64,000 nucleotides of DNA from a candidate division WWE3 bacterium (GTDB lineage: Bacteria > Patescibacteriota > WWE3 > UBA101185 > UBA10185), in NCBI GenBank assembly GCA_014729135.1, contig WJKK01000001.1, positions 325,462-389,461 of the forward strand, written 5' to 3'. Under the pieces are notes generated by a model. The model was given only the letters and a program-made list of their open reading frames with translations, was not told the DNA's origin and searched no databases. Shown here one piece after another: positions 37,497 to 46,863 of this stretch (the stretch's first letter is position 1; every line of letters starts with the position of its first letter). A program made the position numbers and the translations under genes.

Positions 37497-38474
37497 ATGC
37501 CTGTACTTATTAACGTATCTTGTACAAATTGTGCCAGGAAGTTTCAAGTCCCCCTAAAAAGATTTAATGAATCCAAGAAAAAGGGCTGGAATTTTTATTG
37601 TAGTAGAGAGTGTCAAGGGGAATGCAAAAAGACCGGAAAAACATTGGTTTGTGACAATCCCGCTTGTTCGAAAACGTTTTACCGTATCAAAAGTGAGATT
37701 AACTCTACTAAAAATTTCTGTTCTCAAAGCTGCGCTGCTTCAGTAAATAACTTGGGGGTTACTAGAAATAAACAAGGTTGTCCTGAGAATTTCAAACGCT
37801 CCTCCTATTCGAGATCTAAACAAGCTAATGGAATATCTGCTCAGCAGCTGCTGTCGAAAAAATGTAGAAATCCTAAATGTGAAAAAAGTGTCCTTTCACC
37901 GCGCATTTATTGTTCCCATGAGTGTCACATGCACTCTGTTAAGAAAACAAAGGTTTACCATCAAGAAAAGGCATTGAAGGCCATTAAAAGTTTTGTTGAG
38001 GAGCACGGGCGCATCCCGTTTAAAAGAGAGGTGCCTGCTATTTACTCTCGCGCTAGGAGGGGTTTTGGTAGCTGGAATAAGGCAATTGAGGTGGCCGGCT
38101 ATAGGAAAAATCCTGTTCGCTTTGCAAAAAGAAAGAGGGCAAAGGATGGTCATATGTGTGACTCTTTTTCGGAAGCTTTAATTGATAATTGGCTAAGCAA
38201 ATAGGGTATTAAGCATGAGATTAATGTTTCCTATCCGGAGGAACCTGCTTTTACAGCCGATTTTGTAGTAAGGGATTATTGGATAGAATTTTTTGGTTTG
38301 CATGGAGAAATGGAAAAGTACGATAAAAACGTTTCAAAGAAGCTGGAAATAGCAAAAAAGTACAAAATAAACTTAATCAAACTTTATCCAAAACACCTCT
38401 TTCCAAAATCACAGCTGGATAGGGTACTTTCGGATGTTTTCTATCACCACGCCAAAGGCTGGGTAGCTCTCTAG
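37497..38474 (+). pseudogene. Multi-zinc-finger protein with a homing-endonuclease-associated repeat and a DUF559/Vsr-like PD-(D/E)xK nuclease domain, interrupted by an in-frame TAG at 38202-38204
   Basis: At least eight CxxC pairs. GRIPFKREVPAIYSRARRGFGSWNKAIEVAGY matches the FGSWxxAxxxAG repeat. Across the TAG the frame continues as SEALIDNWLSK*GIKHEINVSYPEEPAFTADFVVRDYWIEFFGLHGE...NLIKLYPKHL, a single collinear nuclease domain. Confidence 0.55.
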
Positions 38475-38496
38475 CGTGGTCATTAAGAGTTAAATC

Positions 38497-39564
38497 TTAT
38501 TCAGTTTCAGGGCTTTCTTCTGCTTCAGAATTTCCTTCCGAGGTCATTCCGGACTCTGCTCCGGAATCGTTCTCTGAATCCTCAGATCCCGAAGGAGCGG
38601 CGGGTGACTCCATTGGAGTAGCCTGCTTAGCCTTTAAATCCTCAAAAACCTTCAACAACGCTAAAGGAGTAAATACCGAAATAATAGGTGTTAACAACCC
38701 TTGAGTTGCATACATCACAAAAAGCAAAGGGATCATGGCCAGCATCATCAAAACGGTGTACCCAAGACCCTTCCCAAAGAGATTTCCTCTAAAGCCCTTA
38801 GTCATCTGCTTACTCTTCTTAAGAGCTTCAAAAACACCAACATCCTCAGTTAGCAAAATGTAAGGAGCAAATAGGAACCAAAGTGTGAAAATCACTCCCG
38901 GAACTATCAATAGAATGTAACCAATTCCAATAATGAAAGCGCTAATTATTGTCAGCAAAGCAAACTTGAACAGTTTTTTGAAGGCCTCTCCAATTAGCTC
39001 TTTTATAGGAACAAGATTTTGTGAGTGGATTTTAATTGGAAGCAGCGTCATGAAAGTGGCCATAAAAAAGATCCAACCCAAGCCCAAAACACTTACAACT
39101 ATTGAAATAATTATGGCCACAGGACCAAAGGCTTTAGCAGGAGTGTCATAATAAGCTTCAGGCATTGCATTTGAACTGGAAGCAGGCATTTCCTGAGCTT
39201 GTTGACTTTGACGGGCCTGCCTTTGCATCTCGCGCATAAGCTCCATAGTCTCCGGAGAATAATCCCCTTCAGGCAACTCCATAGGAACAGGAGACTCCAT
39301 ATTAGCTACCGACTCTGGCGCTCCTAAAGATCGCGAAGGCATTGAATCGCTCACATACTTATCACCGGGCATCAACTTAGCCATCCTACTCATCGTAAAG
39401 ATGTAAAGCGGCAGCCCCACAACAAGCATAAAAGCCCCCATAATCAACGTCACTGTTAAATAGGACTTAAAGGTATATCCTAACGGCGCATTTTCAAATA
39501 AATTCTTAAAAGCATCCTTTATTGCTTTTTTCAACGTGATTAATTTAGTTTTTTCCATAGGCAT
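38497..39564 (-). CDS. Hypothetical polytopic membrane protein with an S/E-rich acidic C-terminal tail
   Basis: Several TM helices; tail SGSEDSENDSGAESGMTSEGNSEAEESPETE. Confidence 0.45.
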   Translation of the reverse strand: MPMEKTKLITLKKAIKDAFKNLFENAPLGYTFKSYLTVTLIMGAFMLVVGLPLYIFTMSRMAKLMPGDKYVSDSMPSRSLGAPESVANMESPVPMELPEGDYSPETMELMREMQRQARQSQQAQEMPASSSNAMPEAYYDTPAKAFGPVAIIISIVVSVLGLGWIFFMATFMTLLPIKIHSQNLVPIKELIGEAFKKLFKFALLTIISAFIIGIGYILLIVPGVIFTLWFLFAPYILLTEDVGVFEALKKSKQMTKGFRGNLFGKGLGYTVLMMLAMIPLLFVMYATQGLLTPIISVFTPLALLKVFEDLKAKQATPMESPAAPSGSEDSENDSGAESGMTSEGNSEAEESPETE

Positions 39565-39574
39565 AGTCTACTTT

Positions 39575-41014
39575 CTAATTTAGTAATTTGTCAACAATGG
39601 TGTAAATGCTGAAGCCTCCATAAAAGAGAAAAGCCATTGTCATAGCTGCAATTCTTCCAAATTTAGGTCTTATTTCTTTGTGTAAAAGTGAAAGGTTGGT
39701 GACTAAGGTTAGCCCTACGTGGATGAACATTGCAAAGGCGTTTAATACTGCTGCTATGGTAATTAACTGGAAGGGTTCGTTTATCCCAAAGGAGTAGATG
39801 GCAACGCCGGATAAGATTTGAAGCCATAAGACGATGTAGTAAATTTTTGAGATGTCGTTGCCTTTGATTTTTTTGTTGGCTAAAACGAGATTTTCAGAGA
39901 GGATTCTGCTGGTTGAGTCAAAAACGGTTAATTGGGTGGCAAAAAGCATGATGCCTGTGACTGTTAAAAAGAGCACGCCTGCCCATGGAGCAATTTTTAA
40001 GCCAATTTGTTGCGCTTCTGCTAAAACGAAGTTGACGCCGGTAGTTTCGATGCCTTTCTGATAGGTTGTAACGTAGGCCAGCAGCGCCAAGAGGCAGATT
40101 GTTATTGCTCCGGTTAGCCAAAAGACTAAAAAGTGCTCTGTATTTACGTTTTTCCACCATTTTTTAAACTTGCTGATGTTTTCTTCGGTGGGGTCAAAGG
40201 CTGTGCCTGTTAATTCAATGGTTTCTTTTTTGCCGGTTAGGAGGCTTTTGATCTTGCCGGCGTATTCACCCATCCCGTAACCTTTGGCCTTAACGTAGAA
40301 GGATTGCGATAGATTTAAGTTTCCGCCGGCTCCTGCATAGGCAAGTGCGGCCAAAAATGAGGGAAGTGCTATTCCTGCGGGGAGAAATCTGTAGCCGTCT
40401 CCAATTCCTACAATTCCTTGGCCTAAAGTTATAAAGTCTGCTTTGGCTGCTATTATGATGGCTAAGGTGAAAATTGCGGGGACTCCCAAGGTGATAAAGA
40501 GCTTTTGTATGCTTTCGACTGTTTTATAAAGGACCGGGCCTAAAGATAAGATTGCCCCTATGGTAAAGAGCAGGACCACTGTGAGGATTTTTTGGTTTTG
40601 AATCCCTAGGAGGGTTCCGAGAAGTTTTGCGGAAGTGGCAATTATGCCTGGCCACATCCAGGGAATGTAGGTTGATAGCAAAAACCAGATTGGTGCCCAC
40701 TTGAACTTTCGGGCTATTCCCACAAAGATGCTTTCGCCATGGGCAAGTGCATAGCGCTCAATTTCCATGTTCATAAAGAATTGAAAGGTTATTCCAAGGA
40801 TTGCTCCCCAAATGATTCCTAGTCCGTGGTGGGCTGCCAGGTAGGGCCAAAGGATTATTTCGCCGCTGCCCAGGCCCAGACCGAGGATTATGAAGCTTGG
40901 TCCTATGAGTTTTTTAAGTGGGAGTGGGTTTGGCAGTTCGTTCTTTTTTAAGGGGTTTATTTTGGGGTTGGTTTTTGTACTTGTATTTTTTGGAGTGTTT
41001 TTTGTTGTGGGCAT
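39575..41014 (-). CDS. Polytopic membrane transporter, divergent NRAMP/MntH-like
   Basis: About 11 TM helices. The N-terminal arrangement GPSFIILGLGLGSGEIILWPYLAAHHGLGIIWG parallels the Nramp TM1 region, but DPGN is replaced by GLGSGE. Confidence 0.35.
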   Translation of the reverse strand: MPTTKNTPKNTSTKTNPKINPLKKNELPNPLPLKKLIGPSFIILGLGLGSGEIILWPYLAAHHGLGIIWGAILGITFQFFMNMEIERYALAHGESIFVGIARKFKWAPIWFLLSTYIPWMWPGIIATSAKLLGTLLGIQNQKILTVVLLFTIGAILSLGPVLYKTVESIQKLFITLGVPAIFTLAIIIAAKADFITLGQGIVGIGDGYRFLPAGIALPSFLAALAYAGAGGNLNLSQSFYVKAKGYGMGEYAGKIKSLLTGKKETIELTGTAFDPTEENISKFKKWWKNVNTEHFLVFWLTGAITICLLALLAYVTTYQKGIETTGVNFVLAEAQQIGLKIAPWAGVLFLTVTGIMLFATQLTVFDSTSRILSENLVLANKKIKGNDISKIYYIVLWLQILSGVAIYSFGINEPFQLITIAAVLNAFAMFIHVGLTLVTNLSLLHKEIRPKFGRIAAMTMAFLFYGGFSIYTIVDKLLN

Positions 41015-41067
41015 TGTTTTTATAGTAGCAAAGTTGTTTCTTAGGGCAAAGTTTTTGTTAGGTTATT

Positions 41068-41709
41068 TTATTTCTTTTTAAACTCAAGCAAAAACATAGG
41101 GCGAGGTTTACCAAAACTAAGTTTTTTACTCCAGCTAGTTTCCAGTTCCTGCAAATCCTCCCGCGTCATTTCCTTAAAATTTTTTAAGGTGAGGCCTGCA
41201 TTTTCATAGCGAGGAATCAGCTCTTCTTTTATGTAAGCTTCATTCAGATTCTCCAAATTTAGACGCTCAGTTTCTGTTGGCTCCTGCTCCTCGGTATAAC
41301 CAAAAACTAACCTAAGATCACCTCCACTTTTCAAAATCGCCAAAATGTTTTGCATATGCTCCTGATTAAAATTGGCCACATGATCCAAAAGACTCCCCCA
41401 AGGAAGCAGCACATTTAGCTTATCTGCAGTATTTTCCAATTCTTCCGGCAACATTTCAGCACTTGCTAAAACAAATAAAACATTTTCCAAATTCTTTCGA
41501 ACTGCTTTTCGGGAGTATTTTCGAAGCTGTTTTTCAACCGGATCAATACCAATGTACAAATTATTTGGTTTTTCTAGAGCTTTTTTGTAAACATAGCGTC
41601 CATTCCCGGTGCCCAAATCCACCTCTATTTTCTCCCACTCCTGTGCCAAAAGCTCCTTAAAGTTCTCTTTAGACAACTCCTTTAATTTATTTCCAATCAC
41701 TATTTTCAT
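41068..41709 (-). CDS. trmB: tRNA (guanine46-N7)-methyltransferase
   Basis: VDLGTGNGRYVYKKALEKPNNLYIGIDPVEKQL is collinear with B. subtilis TrmB IEVGTGKGQF...NYIGIE. Conserved LPW; 213 aa. Confidence 0.7.
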   Translation of the reverse strand: MKIVIGNKLKELSKENFKELLAQEWEKIEVDLGTGNGRYVYKKALEKPNNLYIGIDPVEKQLRKYSRKAVRKNLENVLFVLASAEMLPEELENTADKLNVLLPWGSLLDHVANFNQEHMQNILAILKSGGDLRLVFGYTEEQEPTETERLNLENLNEAYIKEELIPRYENAGLTLKNFKEMTREDLQELETSWSKKLSFGKPRPMFLLEFKKK

Positions 41710-41746
41710 ACAACTAGGAGTATTATACTTGGTTTAGAATGTTGTT

Positions 41747-42601
41747 ATGACTGAACCTGAAATTATCCCTTTGTGGCAGCCGGTTGGAAATTCCACGCAC
41801 ATAATTGCTTCCAAGGTTGCTAAAAAACTTAACAAAAAAACTTCGCATACAGGGACGTTGGATCCTATGGCAGAAGGGATTATTGTTATCTTAGCCGGAG
41901 AGACGCGCCTAAAAAAGAAGGAGTTGGCTAAGTGGCCCAAGGAATATAAGTTTGACGTGGCGCTTGGCATTTCAACGGATACTTATGATGGTTTGGGGCT
42001 AATTCAGCAGGATTCTTTCTCTATAAAAAATACTTCTAAGTTTTTTTCTCATCGGGAGATTTTTGTTGGCCGAATTAAGCAGGCGCTTTCACGTTTGCAA
42101 GGGGATTATGTTCAGGAAGTACCTCCTTTTAGTGCTATTAAAGTTAGTGGCAAGCCTTTGCACTGGTATGCTCGGAATAAGAATTTGCCAAGAGAGCTTC
42201 CAAAAAGATCAGGCGAGATATTTGATATAGAGCTTTTGGATTTTAAAGAGGTTTCACTTCAGAATCTTATTTCAGATTTGTTGGAAAAGATTTCAAAGGT
42301 TACGGGGGATTTGCGTCAGGGGGAAATTGCACCTCAGTGGAGGGATTTCGCAGGCCTCCGTGAAAAATCAAAGGATGTAAGAATTCCGATAATTTCGATT
42401 CGGGCAACTCTTTCCAAAGGTCTTTATGTTCGGTCACTTTCTCAAGATATTTGTGGCCTCATAGGAGTTAAAGGTTTTGTTTCTAATTTGGTTCGAACAC
42501 GTAATGGCAGTTTCCATCGTGAGAACTCTTTAAGTTTAGAGGAGTTTTTTGGATCAGGCTTTCGGGACAAGTATGATTTTGTTTCTCGATTTAAATCCTG
42601 A
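41747..42601 (+). CDS. truB: tRNA pseudouridine55 synthase
   Basis: HTGTLDPMAEGIIVILAGE is the catalytic Asp motif of TruB. Confidence 0.85.
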   Translation: MTEPEIIPLWQPVGNSTHIIASKVAKKLNKKTSHTGTLDPMAEGIIVILAGETRLKKKELAKWPKEYKFDVALGISTDTYDGLGLIQQDSFSIKNTSKFFSHREIFVGRIKQALSRLQGDYVQEVPPFSAIKVSGKPLHWYARNKNLPRELPKRSGEIFDIELLDFKEVSLQNLISDLLEKISKVTGDLRQGEIAPQWRDFAGLREKSKDVRIPIISIRATLSKGLYVRSLSQDICGLIGVKGFVSNLVRTRNGSFHRENSLSLEEFFGSGFRDKYDFVSRFKS

Positions 42602-42790
42602 CTTAATTTGGAGGTGTGTTTTGGGGACTTCAAAGTAGTCGCCAAGTAGTTCCAACATTTCCTCGTTAGCCTCTCCGTTTTTAGGTAAAGATTTCACACG
42701 CACCACATAAACTACGTTTCCATACATATCCGTTTTTTCTTTAACACCGCTTTCCTTTGCTCCCGGCTTAATCTTGACTCTAATTTTCAT
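42554..42790 (-). CDS. DUF167 (YggU/UPF0235) family protein
   Basis: MKIRVKIKPGAK...VRVKSLPKNGEANEEMLELL...QIKSGFKSRNKIIL is a canonical DUF167 sequence. It overlaps the truB 3' end convergently by 48 nt. Confidence 0.6.
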   Translation of the reverse strand: MKIRVKIKPGAKESGVKEKTDMYGNVVYVVRVKSLPKNGEANEEMLELLGDYFEVPKTHLQIKSGFKSRNKIILVPKA

Positions 42791-42797
42791 ACCCTCA

Positions 42798-42934
42798 AGG
42801 ATGATCCTCCGTTAAATTCCATCTTTAATCTTATTAAAGGCTTTTCTCTCTTTATTTTCAAGGATAATCCTTCACAACTTTTCTAGAAATGCTTTATTGG
42901 AAGGGATTCGCTTAAAAACTTAAAGGATGATCCT
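42798..42934. promoter_or_regulatory. Array of three 11-bp palindromes AGGATnATCCT, phased exactly 63 bp apart; candidate operator array
   Basis: aggatgatcct at 42798-42808, aggataatcct at 42861-42871, aggatgatcct at 42924-42934. Each is preceded by AA. They lie in the divergent region between the DUF167 gene (-) and the 43073 gene (+). Confidence 0.55.
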
Positions 42935-43072
42935 TGTTCACCATGCTTGGGTCTTGAAAATACTTACAAAGGTGCTATAGACTATCTACTTGTGACATGC
43001 GATCCGTCAACAAAAAATTGCAAGCAAAAATTTAAATCAAAAAAATTAACAAATAAAGAAAGGAACTAAAAA

Positions 43073-43438
43073 ATGTCAAAAAGAGATATGGCACAAAGAA
43101 GAATCCGAATTATAAACGAGCTCAAAGCGGAGTTAAAAGAATTAAAAGGTCATCGCAAGGATATTTTGGAGGAAGATCCCGAATACTCCGAGCTTAAAGA
43201 ACAGTCCAAACTAGTTAAAGATCAAACACGTACAAAGCGTAAGCAGGTTTTGGATGCTCCCGAGTATAAAGCAGTGACAGATCAAATGAGCGATATTAGG
43301 GCGGAAATTCGCGATCAAAAAGAAGCTCTTTCACAGGAATTAGTTGAACTTTACAAAGAAGAGGGGGTTACCGAAATAGAGGACTCTGAGGGTAATTTGA
43401 AGAAGTTGAAGTTTAGTGTTCAGTTGGTTAATGCTTAA
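43073..43438 (+). CDS. Coiled-coil hypothetical protein (121 aa)
   Basis: ORF preceded by the RBS aaaggaac; heptad-rich K/E sequence. Confidence 0.45.
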   Translation: MSKRDMAQRRIRIINELKAELKELKGHRKDILEEDPEYSELKEQSKLVKDQTRTKRKQVLDAPEYKAVTDQMSDIRAEIRDQKEALSQELVELYKEEGVTEIEDSEGNLKKLKFSVQLVNA

Positions 43439-43543
43439 TTGTTTCGATCGCGTTTTAACGTTAGGAATTATTCGTAAAAAGCTCTCTAAAAGATCCGTCG
43501 AAACCCTAAATAATCCTATAAAATCATCTGGTATACTACTCGC

Positions 43544-44209
43544 ATGACAAAAGAAAACACAACATCAAAAACAGAAACTGCCAATAATAAAGCTCCCTCA
43601 AAAGGAAAAGCAGGTTCTCAAAAACTTCTTAAAACTTTAGGAATTGTGGCAGCAGTAATATTAGTTTTGGGAGGCCTTTCGATTTTAGGATACACTTATA
43701 AGCACCTTTTTATTGTAGGCAGAGTGAATAACAAACTTATCACACGAGTCGAGCTAAACAAACTTTTAATTAACGCTTATGGTCCCAGCGCCGTTGAAGA
43801 GCTGGTTAACAAAAAGCTAATTAAGCAGGAATTAAAAAAGCAAGGCATAGAGGTTACAGCGGAACAGTTGCAGGCTAAAAAAGACGAAATTTCTCAGCAG
43901 ATTCAGGAGCAGCAAGGGACTACACTTGAGGACTATTTGGATCGTCAGGGTGTTTCCATGAAGGAGTTTGAGGAAAATATTGAAACGCAGCTAGCTATTG
44001 AGCAGCTTTTGGCGGAAAAAGTGGAGGTTACTGAAGAAGAGGTGGACGACTTTTTGGAGACTTATGGTGATCAGCTTGAGGGAGAAACTGAGGAAGATAA
44101 GCGTGCACAGGCTGTAGATATCTTGGTAGACCAGCAAATTGGATCCCTTTTTCAACAGTGGATTCAGGAAGTTCGTTCTGAAGCTAAGATTGATACTTTC
44201 TTAAAGTAA
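43544..44209 (+). CDS. Membrane-anchored SurA/PrsA N-terminal-domain-like chaperone protein (no PPIase domain)
   Basis: N-terminal TM helix, then a helical domain resembling the SurA N-terminal domain. Confidence 0.35.
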   Translation: MTKENTTSKTETANNKAPSKGKAGSQKLLKTLGIVAAVILVLGGLSILGYTYKHLFIVGRVNNKLITRVELNKLLINAYGPSAVEELVNKKLIKQELKKQGIEVTAEQLQAKKDEISQQIQEQQGTTLEDYLDRQGVSMKEFEENIETQLAIEQLLAEKVEVTEEEVDDFLETYGDQLEGETEEDKRAQAVDILVDQQIGSLFQQWIQEVRSEAKIDTFLK

Positions 44210-44328
44210 CGCTTTACGCTTTTTGTTGAGCTTAAATATTAATTTCCAAATTTCCGGGGGTGAGGTTTACAATTTGCCTCAAGCCTTCCCGGTTGCACAA
44301 CACCTCCAAAAACGGTTAACCTAAACCT

Positions 44329-45993
44329 ATGGGAAAGATAATAAAACTGCCTCAATCCGTTATTCAAAAAACAGCTGCCGGTGAAGTTATAGAAAATCCT
44401 GCCTCCGTTGTAAAAGAACTTATAGAGAACTCACTTGATGCCGGTGCAGCCTCCATAAAAATTCACGTCCAAAAAGGAGGACAGCAAAAAATCCTTGTAG
44501 TAGACAACGGCTGCGGAATGCAAAAAGACGATCTGCTCCTTAGTTACAAACCGCACACCTCCAGCAAAATTCAAAAAGAAGACGACCTAAATTCCATAGC
44601 AACCTTTGGTTTTCGTGGGGAAGCCTTAAATAGCATCAGCACCGTCAGTAACTTCACAATAAAAAGTAAAGAGCCTAATTCACCAACGGGGTGGGCTTTA
44701 AACATTTACTATGGCAAGGAAAAAGAACTCAAGCCTTCAGGCCTTTCTACAGGGACAATAGTAGAAGTAGCTAATTTATTTTCAAATCTGCCGGCACGTC
44801 GCGAATTTTTAAAAAGCGCGCAAGCAGAGCTAACTCAAATTAAACAAGTAGTCGCATCCATGGCTTTGGCAAATCCTTCCGTGGCTTTTCTGCTTCAGTC
44901 TGATAACAAAACGATTTTAAATATCCCTTCTCAATATGATTTGCAAAAAAGAATTCAAGTTCTTCTTGATGACGCCGGGAAATTCTTGGATGTGACAAAA
45001 AAAGATCCGCATCATCACATTCACGGCAAAATTTCGCTTCCGCAATTTTCAACTAATACCGGAAAGGATCAGTATCTTTTTGTAAACGGTCGCTATGTAA
45101 ATTTTCGTGCTTCAACATCGGCAATTAAGCGGGCTTATGGGACGCTTCTGGACAAGTATCAGTATCCAAAGCATGTTTTGTACTTGCAGCTTCCTCATGA
45201 GCTTGTGGATGTTAATGTTCACCCCCGCAAGGAGGAGGTTCGGTTTAAAAATGAGACTCATGTTTTGGAGCTGCTTCACCAGGCGATTCAGCAGTCACTG
45301 GATAAGGCTAATTTAACTTACCGCTATGATCCTAAGCCTGCCCAGTATGTGGCGTCGCTTTATTCCAATTTAAAGGATTCGGTGGAGATGTGGTCAGTTT
45401 CAGACCTTCCTGAGGCTGACTCTGTTACTGAAGTTTTGCAGTTTTTGCAGACTTATTTAATTGTACCTTTAAAGGATCGTGTGCTTTTTATTGACCAGCA
45501 TGCAGCTCATGAGAAGATTTTGTATGCGCAGATTTTGGATTTTTTAAAGGGTGCTTCTACGGAAGATCTTTTTGAGCCTAAGGATCCTGTGCAGATCTCA
45601 ACAGAGGATCTGGACTTTGAGGTGGATGATTCCAAGCTTGCTTTGCTTTCGGATTTGGGGCTTAATTTGACTTTGGAAGATGCTGTTTTAAAGATTAAGC
45701 AGGTGCCTAAGGTGTTTTCAGGCCTTAATCTGGAGGACTTTGTAATTTATCTTTTAAGTTTGGATGAAGCTGCGCTTTCTTTAAGTTATTCAAGTGACGT
45801 TTCTAATATGATTTCTACGTTGGCTTGTAAGAGTGCAGTTAAAGCAGGGGATTTTTTAACGCAGGAGCAGGCTTTGCGTCTTGTTAAGAAGCTTTTAAAT
45901 ACGGATTTGGAGAAGTATACGTGTCCTCACGGTCGTCCTACTATGGTGGAGTTTTTGGAGGGTGATTTTGAGCGGATGTTTAAGCGCCACTAG
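44329..45993 (+). CDS. mutL: DNA mismatch repair protein MutL with an endonuclease motif
   Basis: N-terminal GHKL ATPase (ELIENSLDAGA, DNGCGM) and C-terminal DQHAAHEKILY (DQHA(X)2E(X)4E). Confidence 0.93.
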   Translation: MGKIIKLPQSVIQKTAAGEVIENPASVVKELIENSLDAGAASIKIHVQKGGQQKILVVDNGCGMQKDDLLLSYKPHTSSKIQKEDDLNSIATFGFRGEALNSISTVSNFTIKSKEPNSPTGWALNIYYGKEKELKPSGLSTGTIVEVANLFSNLPARREFLKSAQAELTQIKQVVASMALANPSVAFLLQSDNKTILNIPSQYDLQKRIQVLLDDAGKFLDVTKKDPHHHIHGKISLPQFSTNTGKDQYLFVNGRYVNFRASTSAIKRAYGTLLDKYQYPKHVLYLQLPHELVDVNVHPRKEEVRFKNETHVLELLHQAIQQSLDKANLTYRYDPKPAQYVASLYSNLKDSVEMWSVSDLPEADSVTEVLQFLQTYLIVPLKDRVLFIDQHAAHEKILYAQILDFLKGASTEDLFEPKDPVQISTEDLDFEVDDSKLALLSDLGLNLTLEDAVLKIKQVPKVFSGLNLEDFVIYLLSLDEAALSLSYSSDVSNMISTLACKSAVKAGDFLTQEQALRLVKKLLNTDLEKYTCPHGRPTMVEFLEGDFERMFKRH

Positions 45994-46025
45994 CTTATTT
46001 CCTTTATAATTAATCAGATAATTCC

Positions 46026-46802
46026 ATGACTTTTATAGATTCACATTGCCATTTACCGGATATAAAACACAAAAAAGCTTTAGAGCAAATCCTTCAAGAA
46101 GCGCAAAAAGAAGGAGTCACAAAATTCATTAACATAGGAACTTCCGTTAAGCACAATAAAAAAGCTTTAAAAACAGCAAAAAACTATCTAAATGTTTCTG
46201 CAACGGCTGCTGTTTATCCGCATGAAGATCAAAACAAAAGCCTAAAAGAAATAAAAACTTATCTTCAAAATTACATTGAAATCAATAAAAAAGACCTTGT
46301 AGGTATAGGAGAAACCGGAATAGATATAACAAGTTGGAAAAACGGACGTTCCAAAAAAGAACAAATAGAACTTTTCGAATTTCAAGCTCACCTAGCCAAA
46401 GAATACGATCTTCCTTTAATAGTGCATAATAGAAATGGAGATAAAGAGGTCCTGCAAGTTCTAAAAAACGTTAAAGTTCCAAAAGGAGTTATTCACTGTT
46501 TTGCTTCCAAATGGGATTTTGCAAAAGAGGTTTTAGATTTAGGCTTTTACATATCTTTTTCAGGTCTAATAACCTATAAATCACGAGATTATTTGCTGGA
46601 AACTGTAAAAAAAGTTCCAAATGATAGATTTCTAATTGGAACCGATGCGCCTCTACTTCCGCCTGAAGGTCACCGCGGAGAGCAAAACCAACCAAAGTAT
46701 GTTAAAATCATTGCGCAAAAAGTTGCTGATGTTAAAGGGCTTTCCTTGGAGCAAGTAGCTAAGTTTTCCACTTCAAATGCAGAAGAGCTGTTTGACCTCT
46801 AG
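46026..46802 (+). CDS. tatD: TatD-family metal-dependent DNase
   Basis: FIDSHCHL N-terminus, ETGID motif, LIVHNR. Confidence 0.9.
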   Translation: MTFIDSHCHLPDIKHKKALEQILQEAQKEGVTKFINIGTSVKHNKKALKTAKNYLNVSATAAVYPHEDQNKSLKEIKTYLQNYIEINKKDLVGIGETGIDITSWKNGRSKKEQIELFEFQAHLAKEYDLPLIVHNRNGDKEVLQVLKNVKVPKGVIHCFASKWDFAKEVLDLGFYISFSGLITYKSRDYLLETVKKVPNDRFLIGTDAPLLPPEGHRGEQNQPKYVKIIAQKVADVKGLSLEQVAKFSTSNAEELFDL

Positions 46803-46863
46803 TTTTGTGTGCATGCAACTTTACTTTGCCTAAAACTAAGTTAGGAAGACATAAATTAAACAC

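Noticed and set aside
37461-38204. Possibility that the in-frame TAG reflects stop-codon reassignment
   Set aside because: TAG terminates infB (3660-3662) and other conserved genes. TGA and TAA are also used as genuine stops, so this is standard code. A local pseudogene, readthrough or sequencing error is more likely.
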